A stretch of DNA of 62,158 bases, the filler included, from Chiloscyllium plagiosum (lineage: Eukaryota): the NCBI RefSeq assembly GCF_004010195.1. It is 3 parts of one record of this genome, joined end to end, with 100 filler letters (N's around TTAATTAATTAA, not from the genome) between each part and the next. Parts side by side here need not be neighbours in the genome. Positions count along the whole stretch, not along the records: positions 1 to 29,693 come from NC_057710.1; 2 more parts are not named here. One strand, 5' to 3'. The translations under genes were made by a program, and so were the position numbers. Shown one piece after another: positions 1-13,179 of the stretch. Below the pieces are notes generated by a model. It was not told the origin of the DNA and did no database searches. It saw only the letters and a list, made by a program, of their open reading frames with translations. The first letter of the stretch is position 1, and every line of letters starts with the position of its first letter.

Positions 1-295
1 CTAGCACCAGGAAGGCAACACACCATCCTTAAATCCCGTCTGCTGCCACAAAAACCCCGGTCAGTTCCTCTCACGATGGACTCCCCTATTACCACGGCTC
101 TGTGCGATGTCCGACTCTTCCGCTCTGCCTCTGCGGCAACTTTTGATTGACAAACTTGGCCGCCTTGCGAACTGGCAGTGTCATCAGTCTCTGCTTCCAA
201 AAGCTTCAACTTGTTCCTGACAGGTACTTCTCCCGGGGTCTCTTGCACCTGTCTCCTCTCTCATCATTTGCTCACTTCTGCTCTCTTCTGGCATG
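1..295 (-). mobile_element. CR1-type LINE ORF1 fragment (SGNH esterase domain)
   Basis: Minus strand reads RAVVIGESIVRGTDRGFCGSRRDLRMVCCLPGA, matching the GDS(I/L)VRG...CCLPGA motif of CR1 ORF1 esterases. Confidence 0.8.
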
Positions 296-340
296 ATTGG
301 TGTAATAACATCAGTAATAACATTGGTGTAATAACATACC

Positions 341-964
341 AGCACTTGGTATGCTTTCCTTTATTGGTCAGAGTATTGTGTATAGGAGTTGGGAGGTTAT
401 GTTGTGGCTGTACAGGACATTGGTTCGGCCACTTTTGGAATATTGCATGCAATTCTGGTCTCCTTCCTATCGGAAGGATGTTGTGAAACTTGGAAGGGTT
501 CAGAAAAGATTTACAAGGATGTTGCTAGGGTTGGAGGATTTGAGCTATAGGGAGAGGCTGAACAGGCTGGGGCTGTTTTCCCTGGAGCGTCGGAAGATGA
601 GGAATGACATAGAGGTTTGTAAAATCTTGAGGGGCATGGATAGAGTAAATCTTTTCCCTGGGGTGGGGGAGTCCAGAACTAGAGGGCATAGGTTTAAGGT
701 GAGAGGGGAAAGAATATAAAAGGGGTTTTTCACACACAGCGTGGTGCGTGTACGGAATGAGCTGCCAGAGGAAGTGGTGGAGGCTGGTACAATTGCAACA
801 TTTAAAAGGCACCTGGATAGGTCTATGAATAGGAAAGGTTTAGAGGGATATGGACCAAGTGCTGGCAAATGGGACTAGATTAGGTTGAGATATCTGGTCA
901 GCATGGAAAGTTGGACCGAAGGATCTGTTTCTGTGCTGTACATCTCTATGACTCTGTGACTCTA
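341..964 (+). mobile_element. CR1/HER1 LINE 3' end (ORF2 C-terminus, 3'UTR and (CTCTATGA)n tail)
   Basis: ORF 351-719 contains LYRTLVRPLLEYCMQFWSP...RLNRLGLFSLERR. Ends in ctctatgactctgtgactcta. Confidence 0.93.
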
Positions 965-984
965 AGTCGTGCCTCACACTTATA

Positions 985-1525
985 CAGTCATAGAGTCATA
1001 GAGATGTACAGCATGGAAACAGACCCTTCGATCTAACCTGTCGATTACTTCTGACCTCCAGTGGAACCAAGACCAATTTATCCAACCTATCCTCATAAGA
1101 CAACACACTCATTTCAGATAATCATCTCATAGAGTCATAGAGTCCTATAGCAAGGAGACAGGCCCTTCGGCCCAAACTGATCCATGCTGAACGAAATGTT
1201 TATCCACGTTAATCCCATTTCCCTGCTCTTGGCCTATATCTTTGTAAACCTTTCCTACCCATGTACTTGTCCAAATGCCTTTTAAATGTCGTGAATGTAA
1301 CTGCCTCAACAATGTCTGCTAGCAGCTCATTCTGTATGCATACCACCCTCTGCGTAAAATGCTGACCCTCAGGTTCCCTTTTATTCTTTCCCCTCTTATC
1401 TTAAAGTCATGCTCTCTGGTCCTTGATTCCCCAAACCTGGGAAAAAGATTGAGTGCATTCACGCTATCATGCCTCCCATGATTTTATACACTTCTATAAG
1501 ATCTCCACTCAGTCTCGTTAAGCTC
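985..1525 (-). mobile_element. Two CR1 3'-end fragments
   Basis: (tcatagag)n tails at ~985 and ~1128, followed by reverse-complement 3'UTR and ORF2 end. Confidence 0.8.
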
Positions 1526-1536
1526 CTTTGAAATTG

Positions 1537-1838
1537 GGATGGCACAGTGGCTCAGTGGTTAGCTATGTTGCCTCACAGCGCCAGGGACCTGGGTTCGATT
1601 CCTGCCTTGGGTAACTGTGTGTGTGGAATTTACACATTCTCCCTGTGTCTGTGTGGGTTTCCTCCCATAATCCAAAGATGTGTAGGTCAGGTGAATTGGC
1701 CATGCTAAATTGCCCATAGTGATAGGTGCATTAGTCAGGGGTAAATGTAGGGTAGGGGAATGGATCTGAGTGGGTTACCCTTTGGAGGGTTGGTGTGGAT
1801 TTGTTGGGTCAAAGGGCCTATATTCCATAGGGAATCGA
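1537..1838 (+). mobile_element. HE1-type V-SINE
   Basis: tRNA-like head (tggctcagtggttagc...gggttcgattcc), V-domain (tgtgtggaatttacacattctccc...gggtttcctccca) and CR1-derived tail. Confidence 0.88.
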
Positions 1839-1849
1839 TGCTAAACTGC

Positions 1850-3120
1850 CTCCATCACATTTCCATTCTTCCTTACATACAGTATTCAAAATGTGGTCCC
1901 ACCAAAGCCCTGTATAACTGAAACATAATACCATTACTTCTGTAGAAATTGCTAGAAAACTCAGTAGGGCTGGCAGCATCTAATCCCTTCAGAATGACTG
2001 GACTTGAAACGTTAACTCTGTTTTCTCTCTGCTAAGTTTCTCAGCAATTTCTATTTTGTGTTTGTTTCAGATCCTCAGCATCACAGCTTTTTGTTTTATT
2101 TTTATGCTTATTTCTATGTTCAGTTCATCTCATAGTAAAGAATAGCATACCATTAACCTTCTTAGTGATATGTCACACCTGCACACTAACATTTTGTGAG
2201 TCATGTACTAGAACACATAGCACCTCAGAATTCTGCAGTCATTCTCCATTTAAGTAATACTCTTTTTAACTTAATCCTTCCTACGATGTGAATAGCTTCA
2301 CATTTTACCGCATTAAACTCCTCTGCCAGACTTTGTCCATTCACTCAAACCATTTATATCCATCTGCAAACTCCAAATGTCTTCTTCATAGCACATTTTC
2401 CAGTCTTCATTGGTGCTGTCTGTGAATTTCACCTTTGCTCCCTTCATCTAAGTCATTGCTGTAAATGGTAAAAGGTTGAGATCCCAACACTGATCCCTGA
2501 GTATTTCATCACATCCTGTCAATGAAACAATAGCCCCTTTAAGCATTCTCTGTTTTCTACCAGCCAGCCCACCTTTAATTCATTTTAATATATTGCCCCT
2601 AAACCATGAGCTTTGATAATGGTTGCTGTGTCAGGTTACTGAATGCCTTCTGCAAATCCAAAAGCAGTACACTGATGGGCTTCCCTTTATCCTCAACACT
2701 TTACTTCTTTAAAGAAACATACTAAATTAGTTGAACATAATTTTCCTTTCCTGAAATCAAGCTGAATCTTCCTGATTACCTTCAGTTTTTCTAAATACAC
2801 AACTGTAACCTCCTTCAATAATCAAATCAACATCTTTCCCATCACTAAATGGCCTATTGCTGTCTATTTCTGCCTCACTTCCATCTTGAACAAAGGAGTT
2901 AAATTTGCTGATTTCCATTCTGATGGAACTGTTCCCTAATCTAGGGAATGTTAGAAAGTAAACACCAATGCATTTCTTACCACTTTTAGGATGCTAGGAT
3001 AAATCCCATCTGGACCGAGAGACTTGTTAGCTCACAGTCCCATACATTTGTTTAATACCACTTCCCTGGTGATTGGAATTCCATGAAGTTCCTCTCTGTG
3101 TTCCACATCGTGATTTATAG
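1850..3120 (-). mobile_element. Old, degenerate CR1 RT fragment
   Basis: Remnants of RT motifs on the minus strand (e.g. gccttctgcaaatccaa = LDLQKA); many stops. Confidence 0.6.
1943..2100. mobile_element. PLE-derived short inverted element, family D
   Basis: Imperfect inverted arms tagaaattgctagaaaactcag / ctgctaagtttctcagcaatttcta, with the hammerhead 3' half GAAACGTTAAC between them. Confidence 0.55.
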
Positions 3121-3207
3121 CTACCACTGGAATGTTTTTGTATCCCACAAAGCAAAGACTGAAGCCCAATATTTATTCATTTCATTTGCCATTTTCTTGT
3201 TACTTAT

Positions 3208-4690
3208 TATTTGGATGAGGGTAGGGCAGTTGATGTAGTTTATATGGACTTCAGCAAGGCATTTAACATAGACCCACAATGGGAACTGATAAAGAACGTA
3301 AAAACCCATGTGACCCACGGAGACATCAGGAGACAGTGGACAGTAGTAGAAAGATGTTTGGGTGGGGAGCCCAGTATGTGTGTGTGGCATACCACAGGGA
3401 TCGGGGCTTGGTCTCTTATTGCTTGTGACATTCATAAATAATGTAGATGAGAATGTGGGAGGGCTGATAAGTAAGTTTGCGGATGACACAAAGATTGACT
3501 GGCTGTTTGAAAGTGAGGAGGAACAGTGGCTCAGTAGTTAGCACTGCTGCCGCACAGCACCAGGGACCCAGGTTCAATTCCCACCTCAGGCAACTGTCTG
3601 TGTGGAGTTTGCACATTCTCCCCGTGTCTGCGTGGGTTTCCTCCGGGTGCTCCGGTTTCCTCCCACAGTCATAAAGATGTGCAGGTTAGGTGAATTGGAT
3701 GTGCTGGATTGCCCGTAGTGTTAGGTGTATTAGTCAGGAGTGAATGTAGTGAAATGGATCTGGGTGGGTTGCTCTTTGGAGGGTCGGTGTGGACTTGTTG
3801 GGCCGAAGAGCCTGTTTCCACACTGTAGGTAATCTAATCTAATCAGGAAGGTGTTAGGTTACAGGAAAATATAAACTGATTGGTCAGAAAGGCAGGTCAG
3901 TGGCAGATGGAATCTAACCCTGATAAATGTGAGGTGACGCATTTTCAAAGAAAGAAAAAGATAGGGATTACTCAATGACTGACAAAGCACCAGGAAGCTC
4001 AGAGGAACAGATGTCAGGATGCTTGACCACAGATCCCTGAAGGTGGCAGGACAGGTTAGTAGGCTTATTCAGAAGGCAAACAGGACGCTTGGCATAGCTT
4101 ATAAAAGCAGGAAGGTCATGTTGGCGCTGTAGAGAACTTTGGCTAGGCCACAGCTTGAGTGCGGTGTGCAATTCTAGTAACCTCATTATAAGAAGGGTGT
4201 GATTGCACTAGAGGAGTGCAAAAGAGATTCACTAGACTGTTGCCTGGGATGGAGAATTTTAGCTATGAAGCGAGGTTATAAGCTCAGATTGTTTTCTTTG
4301 AAGGAGAGAAGTTTGAAGGGGGATCTAATAGAAGTGTATAACTTTATGAAGGCCACGGGCAGGGTAAATAGAAAGCAGCTGTTCCCCCTAGTTGAAGGAT
4401 CGATAACTGGGGGCATATTTTAAAGTGAAAGGCTGGAGGTTTTGAGAGATTTGAAGAAAAACCTTTTCACTCAGAGGCTAGAGGCAGTTTGGAATGTACT
4501 GCCAGAGATGGTAATTGAGGAAGGGAGCCTGAGGGTGGGGGAAGATTCACAACCTTTAAAAAGTACTTGCATGAGCACTAGAACTATCATAATGTTCAAC
4601 ACTATGGGCCTAGTTTGGGAAAGTGGACTGTTGTAAGTAGTAATGTAATTTTGGTGGTACAGACTTAATGATCCAAACTGCATGATGCTA
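3208..4690 (+). mobile_element. CR1 RT-to-3' fragment interrupted by an HE1 SINE
   Basis: DEGRAVDVVYMDFSKAF, then agtaagtttgcggatgacacaaag (KFADDTK), then LFSLKERSLKGDLIEVY. Confidence 0.88.
3523..3845 (+). mobile_element. HE1-type V-SINE
   Basis: Full head, V-domain and tail ending in (taatc)n. Confidence 0.92.
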
Positions 4691-5077
4691 AGATTATTAA
4701 CTCTGTGTCATTGACTTTAGCTTTTTATTCTCTAGAGGACAGTCACATTAACAATTCTTTTCATTTTTATATGCCTTTAGAAACTTTTCTTATTTATTTT
4801 TACATTTCCAGCTAGATTTCAATCATACTCCAGTTTCTCCCTCCTGATTAACCTTTTAGTTATTCTGTGCCATTATTTATGTTCTGTTCAGGCATCTGAT
4901 TCCCCCACTCAGCTTTAGTGCAGTTATATGATTTTTCCTTCTTTCAGGGATAAATATAGGGTAGGGGAATGCCTTATATCCAATATTCTCCGATTCGAAA
5001 CGGTGCTAGAATTCAACCTCATTTTAGCCACTGCTACCTGGGCTCATCTTTACTGTGAGGACATTAATTATTCCTGT

Positions 5078-5170
5078 CACATTGCACAATACCAAGTCCG
5101 AACTTTATTGCTGGAACAGCACAGCAGGTCAGGCAGCATCCAGGGAACCACATTGCACAATACCAAGTCC
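5078..5170 (-). mobile_element. 49-bp PLE family-A fragment flanked by a 22-bp direct repeat
   Basis: cacattgcacaataccaagtcc occurs at 5078-5099 and 5149-5170, around gaactttattgctggaacagcacagcaggtcaggcagcatccagggaac. Confidence 0.85.
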
Positions 5171-5614
5171 TCCTATAACCTGCTATCTCGTCGGCTCCAG
5201 AATGTGCTGTTCTAAGAAACCATTTTGAAAGCATTCTGTGAACTCCTCATCCAAGCTGCAACTGAGAATCTGATTTTTCTTTCCAGTTTATATGTGAAAC
5301 AAAGTCACTCGTGGTTACTGTCATCCTTTCACAACCGACCCAGTATTTCTTCTTGAATGCTTCGTACTCCACTTGTTACATCTCCATAACAGAATTATAG
5401 AATCATAGAAACGTTGCAGGATAAAAAAGGTGTCATCCAGTCCATAGTGTCTGCTCCAGTTGAATTAACTAATCACCCATTACCTGGTCTGCAGCCTTGA
5501 GTTTAACATTCCAGGTTGCTTTCAAATATTCTTGCCTCAGTCACCAAACCGAGCAGCAAATTCCAGATACCCACACCATGAAATGTCTTTGCTCATGTCT
5601 CCTAGTTCTTCTAT

Positions 5615-6100
5615 TATAGAGTCATAGAGATGTACAGCATGGAAACAGACCCTTCNCTCACCTTAAACCTATGCCCTCTATTTCTGGACTCCCCGGCCCC
5701 AGGGAAAAGACTTTGCCTATTTATCCTATCCATGCCCCTCATAATTTTGTAAACCTCTATAAGGTCACGCCTTAACCTCCGATGCTCCAGGGAAAACAGC
5801 CCCAGCCTGTTCAGCCTCTCCCTATAGCTCAAATCCTCCAACCCTGGCAACATCCTTGTAAATCTTTTCCGAACCCTTTCAAGTTTCACAACATCTTTCC
5901 GATAGGAAGGAGACCAGAATTGCACGCAATATTCCAAAAGTGGCCTAACTAAAGTCCTGTACAGCCGTAACATGACCTCTCAGCTCCTGTACTCAATACT
6001 CTGACCAATAAAAGAAAGCACAGCAAACGCCTTCTTCACTATCCAATCTACCTGCAACTCCACTTTCAAGGAGCTAAGAACCTGTATTCCAAGGTCTCTA
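5615..6100 (-). mobile_element. CR1/HER1 3' end
   Basis: ORF 5614-5973 contains LYRTLVRPLLEYCVQFWSP...; agagtcatagag tail. Confidence 0.92.
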
Positions 6101-6209
6101 TCAATCACTTTAAATCTGTGCCCCTGGTAACTGGCCTCTCTGCTGGGGTTACACTATCCAAATCCCTCATTACTTTGTAATCTCACTTCAGTCATGCTTT
6201 AGTCTTGTC

Positions 6210-6496
6210 AGAATTGAAAGTGTGGTGTTGGAAAAGCACAGCAAGTCAGGCAGCATCCGAGGAGCAGGAGAGTTGATATTTTGGACGTAAACCCATCAAC
6301 AGGAATGGGGGACGGGGTGGGGAGGGGAGTTGTGGGGAAGGGGGCTGAGAGATAAATAGAAGGGCGGAGGTGGGTCTGGGGTGAAGGTAGCTGGGAAGGC
6401 GATAGGTGGATGCAGGTGGGGGCTGCTTGTGATAGGAGGGTGAGGAGGTTGGAATGGATAGGTGGGAAGGATGATGGACAGGTAAGACAGGTCAGT
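6210..6496 (-). mobile_element. PLE 3'UTR/pseudo-LTR fragment (family-A variant) inserted in an older CR1 (6100-7030)
   Basis: ggaaaagcacagcaagtcaggcagcatccgaggagcagg plus a G-rich UTR similar to 30600-30860. The flanking CR1 reads KFAEDTKI. Confidence 0.75.
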
Positions 6497-7299
6497 TCTA
6501 ATGAAAACAACGCTGGCATGTTTAATTTTTCCTCATTGCTGGATTGTTCAAACTCAAACAACTTCTGTATAAATCTCCTCTGTCTGCTCCCTATTGTAAT
6601 TGTGTCCTTCCTGTAATCTGTTGACCAGAACCGTACATAGGATTTCAACTGTGGCCTAACCAGTACCTGTTATAGTTCTAGCCATTCTCATATTCAACAC
6701 CACACCCAGTGAAGGAAGGCATTCATATTCCCATCTTTACCACTTTCCCATCTACCCTGTTCAGCCACCTTCAGGGACCTGTGGACATGAACTGTAAGGT
6801 GTCTCATTTCCTCTACCCCACTTACTTATTGTATATTCACTGCTTCGTTAGCACTTGCCAAAAGCATAACCTCATCCTCCTCTGGATTGAATTCCTTTTG
6901 CCACTCAATGAAATCATTGATACCATCCTGCAGTCAACAGTCCTCCTCTTCACTATCAACTACCTGTTCAATCTTTGTGTCTTCTGCAAATTTCCAAATC
7001 ATGCCTCCCACTTTTAAATCTAAGTCATGAATATATAGTGAGGGCTTCCAGAATGATTCAGATATAGACCATCCCAATGGTACAGCTCTGACTTTCCCCA
7101 ATACTGGTGTTAGTGAATATAAACCAGAACCCATTACACCAACAGCAGCCTTTGAGTTACATATTAATCTCCCTAATATTATACACCCTATACTAATTTG
7201 CACACAGTTTAGGTATTAAGCCAGCGATTATAACTTGTGGGATTCTGCTTTGTAATTTAGAGTCTAGCTCTTTGTACAATTAGGCAAAAACTATTTCCT

Positions 7300-7940
7300 T
7301 TTCCTTTGTCTGTTATTGGTACCTACATGGGCCAGGGAAACTGGATCCTCCCCCTCTCACTGAAGTCTCCTCTTCAGCCCTGAGCAGTTGGCCTGAACCC
7401 TAGTACCAGTAGTTAACACAGAGGTCTGGATTCTCACTCCTTGCTGCAGAGAACAGTATCAATCATTTTCAAATACTATTCCCTGCAACCATTATATTCT
7501 TTGATGTTCCATCACTAATTTCCTGTAATTTCCATTGCCACTGTCAGTTTACTCCACCCAGCAACACCCACGTTCTCACATATACGTGCTAACAGAACTC
7601 AAGCAGTTCGGAGAATTGCAGGGTCTGACACTCCTAGACTTTTGCCTTCCTGGTCCCCTTAGCTGTCTCACCGGCAGTAACACCCTCCTGTTGCTGACTC
7701 CTGACAAAATCAGAAGGCCCTATCCCAAGTGGTGTGGCTGCCTCCTGGTACAAAGAATTCATGTAACTTTCCCTTTCCCTGATGTTTCACAGAATTTGCA
7801 TTTCAGCATCCAGTTCAATGACTCTGAGTCTAAAGCTCCTCAAGCTGCAAACACTTATGGCAGATGTGTTTGTCCTGGATCACAATTGTACCCAGGAGTT
7901 CCCATTCTCTGCTGTCTTGACGCATCAATCGGTCATGCCA
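7300..7940 (-). mobile_element. Degenerate CR1 ORF1 (Cys-rich N-terminus)
   Basis: Decayed similarity to CR1 ORF1 on the minus strand, with stops and frameshifts. Confidence 0.4.
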
Positions 7941-7947
7941 TCCTTAA

Positions 7948-8160
7948 TATAGTCAGTTCTTCTATAATGCGATGGTTGTGTTCTTGTACATTCTCGTGTT
8001 CTAGAAAAATCACGCTTTAGAAACTGTGCTTAAAATATTGGCACTGTAATTGCGTTATTCATTTTGAAATTCGCACTTTCCAAATAGCATTCCCAAATCG
8101 TCAATCACGTTACAGCGAATTTGTGTTGAGGAAATGCATGTTATAGCAGAACGCCCTGTA
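7948..8160. mobile_element. Tc1/mariner (Tigger-like) MITE
   Basis: Imperfect TIRs: tatagtcagttcttctataatgc on the left and gcatgttatagcagaacgccctgta on the right (reverse complement tacagggcgttctgctataacatgc), with TA at both ends. Confidence 0.65.
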
Positions 8161-10754
8161 ATTAAAAATTTGATTATATTACTCACTTACTTACGTCGCC
8201 TTTTTTATGTATTTAATTAATTTTACCACAAATTTGCTTTCGATTTTAAACATCAAGAATGCTTGCCAGATACACCTCAAAACAGCCAACCTCTGTCCTT
8301 GTAGTACAGCAAGAATGAATTCCTACTGGGTGAGAAGGATAGAAGAGCAAATGCAAAAGGAAATGAACACCTCTTTCTCTCTCTTCACTGAACCTATCAC
8401 TCACCAAATTCTCAACAATGTCACCAGCAAAAGACACAACATGAGCAAGATTAACCACATTTCCTATAGCACCAGGAGCAGCATGCACGGCCTTGCCAGT
8501 ACAATACACTGATTTCATTGTTATGTGATAAATGCCAAATCTACAACATTGCATTTATTTCTCACTCATTTTTGGGGATTGAAAACCCCATTCTCGAATG
8601 TATGAATAAAAGTCTCAGGGTGCTTCAAGGTGGATTTATGCATAAATGGTAACAAAAAGTTGGCTCAAGGTTTGATCAAATACTTAGATTATAATTCTTG
8701 AGGTATTTCGGAAGGGAACAGACTATCAGAACAGGACAGATGAAAATCATTGGTGCTTAGCAAAGAGTAAGAAGTATGCAACATAGGATAGAGCCCGAGT
8801 AATGGAAGACCCTGGGAGAGTCTAATATAATGGTCCTTGCTGAGATAAGGGTCAAAAACTATGGAGGAATTTAAGCTGAATAGTTCTTGTTTGGCTAGCA
8901 CAACATGATGAATCAAATAGCCTGTGCCAGAAACCTTTTGAAGATTCTATGATCAGCATTAAGCTGTAAAGGTCCAGGGTTAGGTAAGCACTGACCTCCG
9001 GATTGGCAATATACAGTGAAGAAGGATCTTCATCTTCTAAGCATTCTGGACTTCGGTCTTTGCAATCTCCTTTCCTGTTGCCAGGTTCCCATTCTATGTG
9101 CATCCTCCTACTTTGCAGCATTTTGTCCACTCTCTGCAGGGCTGTGATGGGAGAGGAGACCCTGGGCTTATGTGAGGTGGTTGTGCAAAAAAACCACTGT
9201 GCTCTATTTTCTGTTACAGGCTGATATTTGGATGACTCAACAATCCAGGATAGAGAAGTTTTCATTTTAGGAAAAAAGAAGCTTGCCTAGTGGCTCTGTG
9301 ATCAGTCAGAGGTTCCATCAATAATTAGCACCAAGAAGGACAGCTGACCTGTAGGTGCGTGCAAGGATTTCTTTCCAAAATTGAACCTAGAGAGATAAAC
9401 CATCCCTTCCTGAGATTCCTGGCCTATCCTAAAAGCCTGATGTATCTAATCCTATAAGTTCCCCAAAAATGTTGATAGAGGATAAACTTCCATGGTTGTG
9501 GCCTCTTTCATTTCTTTGAGGGTTATCTTCTCAACCAAGAGTCCAATTCCCTCATTTGATTTCACTGTTAAAATTACATCTAGCACCTGTTGGTTATATT
9601 GCCTTTGTGTGTAATAAAATTGAAAAGTATTGCAAACTCCGAAGTATAAGGGTGTTGTGATTAAATGACACCTTTTCATTACCAGTATGGTACCGTGGCA
9701 ACAGGTTGAGCATTCCTGGAGTGGAAGCTTGCTGTATTAGGAATGACAGCGACGGATTGTCGACTCATTTAATTTGTTTTTGCTCACTGGAAGTGTGTTC
9801 CCTCACTGACAGGAAGTGTATATATCTCTAAAGAGCATGTTCCATTATTTTATTTCTGAGCTGTAAATTTTGGAAAATGGAATATGATCTTTAGTTGATT
9901 GTTAGATTTCTGTTTATTGAGGCTATTTCTATCCACCAGGACTCAGTATGTCATCGAACAAAAGCAGCTTTGCATGAGTCAATTCACATCCTTCTATAAG
10001 CAGCTACATGAAAGAGCCATTGTTTAATCATAAGTTTCTGCTGACAGTTATAAATCTGTTAACTTCACTTCCGGAGCTGACATGTTTACCAGAACTCTAA
10101 TTGTTTGGCATACAACTGCAATCAGGCACCCATTATTCTCTCTGGCACTGGTATCCTCACAACAAGAACAAGATTTTATCACCCGCTACAGATTCAGTGA
10201 CCAGACCCACATGATTACCTGCTAATTTAGTCATTCTTTTAGCTATTTATCTTCAGCATTATTGTTAACACAACAGGAGAGTGTGTGCAGCGGACTGTTG
10301 CCTAGCTCTAAAACAGTGTTTCCACTCACTGTATTCAGCATGTTTAACAAGGCTTCCCTTTCATAGTGTCTGAGGCTTGCAGTAATGCTTGAACAATCAT
10401 TTCTACTGTCGGATATAGCTAGCCTTGTCTGAATCAGAATGTAGGACCAGTCCTATTGTGAATGAACTTGGTTAATTATCCAGTATTAGGTCTTAGTTTA
10501 ACCTCCTGGTACACCTGCATTTTACGTATTTTATATGTAACCCACATTATATAAAAACACATCATTCTATGTCATAAGAAGCAGAAATATTTTTGGGTTT
10601 GATTTCATTGATAGATGCTTACCACACTTTGAGAAAAAGTGGAGGTATTTTCTAATTAGGAAGCAAGAGTATTCCCAGAACAATTACTTCCTCGACCTTA
10701 GAGGACAGACTTTTCACTTGCAGCTCTAGGTCGTAGATGCTGAATCTGTGCAGT

Positions 10755-10822
10755 ACTCCAAAAGCTAGTACTTCCAAATAAACCTGTTGGACTATAACTT
10801 GGTGTTGTGTGATTTTTAACTC
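10755..10822 (+). mobile_element. PLE family-B pLTR fragment
   Basis: aaagctagtacttccaaataaacctgttggactataacttggtgttgtgtgatttttaact, matching 22840-22901. Confidence 0.75.
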
Positions 10823-11659
10823 TGTACAATATCGTACAACCTGGTGATAGTGAATCAATACCCTGTTTACATTATTGCACAAGGTCAGCATTTACCCAGA
10901 GAAAGAGCAGTTTGCAGTTTGTTTGAAAACAAGGGGAATTAGGTTCAGTTTTAACTGGAGGCAGGAAGTCGCCATGTTGGGATCGGTGTGGTATGTACCC
11001 TAGCTGATATCCCTCCTCCTTGACTTGATCCTGGAGAGCAGAGAGAGAAGAAATTCAAACTTTCCTCTGAGAAACCCATCCCAATACAGAAATGTGGAGT
11101 GTTCCAGCTGCCTTTTATAGAAAGTCCTGCAGTCAAGAGTCTGCTTGGGCAAGTGGTGGGACCTTGGGTGCATTTTGACCGGTGACAGCCAATGGAGGCC
11201 ATTGTCTGGACCAGCATCTCTGACAGAGCTGGCTGCTGCTGACTTTGGAAAGGGGAAGGAGAGGCATCTCTATGTTGATAAGACCTTGAAAGTCATGGGA
11301 AGTGTTTCTTCAAAGTGGATGTCAGCTACATGTGATCAAAGAGGTGAACCTTCACGTGCAGAGTAGGCAGGTGGTAGGCAGGGCAGTGGGAGAAGGTAGC
11401 CCTTGTTCTGTGCTGACTTCTCGGTGGGTCCTGAAGCAGCAGAAAGGAGAGTCCACGCTCCAAACCCAGTGAACCCTCAGGGAGGCTGCCTCAATGTTCC
11501 TGCTCGGTTCCCCAGATGTTGAGGACCTGTTCCGAAGCTGGTAAAATGCCAGTGACTGTGCAAAGGGGGCTATGAATTGGACACAATTTAATTATTCAGT
11601 TGCTCTCTTCCAGTTAGCAGATGCCATTGCCAACTGCACTTCTGTAAAAATGGTCATGA

Positions 11660-11980
11660 GCTCAGTGGTTAGCATTGCTGCCTCACAGTACCAGCAACCA
11701 GGGTTCAATTCCAACCTTGGATGACTGTCAGTGTAGAGTTTGCACATTCTCCCCGTGTCTGCGTGGGTTTCCCCCAGATGATCCGGTTACCTCCCACAGT
11801 CCAAAGATGTACAGATTAGGTGGATTGGCTGTGCTAAATTGCCCATAGTGTCCAGTGATGTCAAGGTAAGGTTGGTTAGCCATGGGAAATATGGGGTTAC
11901 AGGTTTAGGGTGGGATGCTTTTGGAAGGTCAATGCAGATTTGATGGCCTGAATGGCCTCTTTTCACGTCATAGGAATTCC
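11660..11980 (+). mobile_element. HE1-type V-SINE (older subfamily)
   Basis: ctcagtggttagcattgctgcctcacag head and V-domain. Confidence 0.88.
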
Positions 11981-12717
11981 GTTCTGAGCTAGTGGAAAGC
12001 TAATGGGATTCCCTTTGACTCCTACCATTTTCCAGGCCATCTGCAGTCTCGGCATCAGTAGAATAGGGATTCTACTTGAATCTATAAAATGCAGCCCTTT
12101 GTTAACCTACTTGTCATTATATTCCTTTGTTCATGAATATATAATCCCTGAATCATCACAGACAAATGGTAGAATCAGCTTTGAGAAGGTTTCAAAACTT
12201 GCTGCCGACTGACTTTTCAAAATTCAAAATAAATCCATGTTTGGCTACAAGGTCTGCAGCCGAACTCTATGAAGACTTTGAAAGGTCTGGCATCCAGACC
12301 TCAGACATACTATAAAGCTACTTCAGGATTGTTTTTATTAACCTGGTGGTTAAAGTGCACTCCTTTTTATATCAGACTGACTGTGAGGCGTGCAAGCATG
12401 GTACAGTAATTGAGCTTAAAAAAATGAAATCAACACATGTCAAACAATCTAGAAAGCATGATGTGATCATTAAAATTAAGGAACATATCAGTGTTTTAAC
12501 CTTAAGACAGGAATTTCATCATTTCTATTGTCATTTGTGTTTCTGTAGAAATTATGGCCAAGCAAGAGATTTCCCAAAGTTAACCAGCAGAGCATTTAGG
12601 TCTAAAATTCCCATACCTGACTCTTTGATCATTCCCTATTTCATTTAGACACACAACGTACCAGCATTTGACTAGTATGACATTCTCAAAAGAGCATTTC
12701 GATCTGCGCGTTACATT

Positions 12718-13075
12718 TGTGACGGTACTGTGCCTTTAAGAGATGTGCTCTGTGCCGTTTCTCTTGCAGAGGGGTGTTGACACAGTGGTGCCAAATGTCG
12801 CCTTCAGACAGGTACTTGGCAAAACGGCTTTTCAGTTCTCGCTGGTTGTGATTTTTAAAACAAGACAATCATGAATGGGTGGGGTCAAGGCTCACGCAGA
12901 CCTAGGAAGACCCTTGATTTTGCTTTCAGTGAGTGAGAGCTTTCTACTGGCTGCTGAGCTCAAAGCTGCGAGAGTGAAGTCTTGGACAGCGAGGCGCCTC
13001 TTACAAATCAAAAGGGACTGGGTGTTTCTTTCAGTATTTCTTGACACTGTGATCTTTTGCTATAAATTGTGTCTT
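12718..13075 (+). mobile_element. Possible Gypsy-type LTR remnant
   Basis: Begins TGTGACGGTACTGTGCCTTTAAGAGA, resembling LTR 5' ends. No partner LTR or coding region seen. Confidence 0.35.
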
Positions 13076-13093
13076 ATGATGCTGCTCCATGGC

Positions 13094-13178
13094 CACCTGA
13101 TGAAGGAGCAGCGTTCCGAAAGCTAGAATACCAAATAAACCTGTTGGACTATAACCTGGTGTTGTCTGATTTTTAACT
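13094..13178 (+). mobile_element. PLE family-B pLTR with hammerhead core
   Basis: cacCTGATGAaggagcagcgttccGAAAgcTA...aaacctgttggactataacctggtgttg. Confidence 0.8.
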
Positions 13179-13179
13179 T

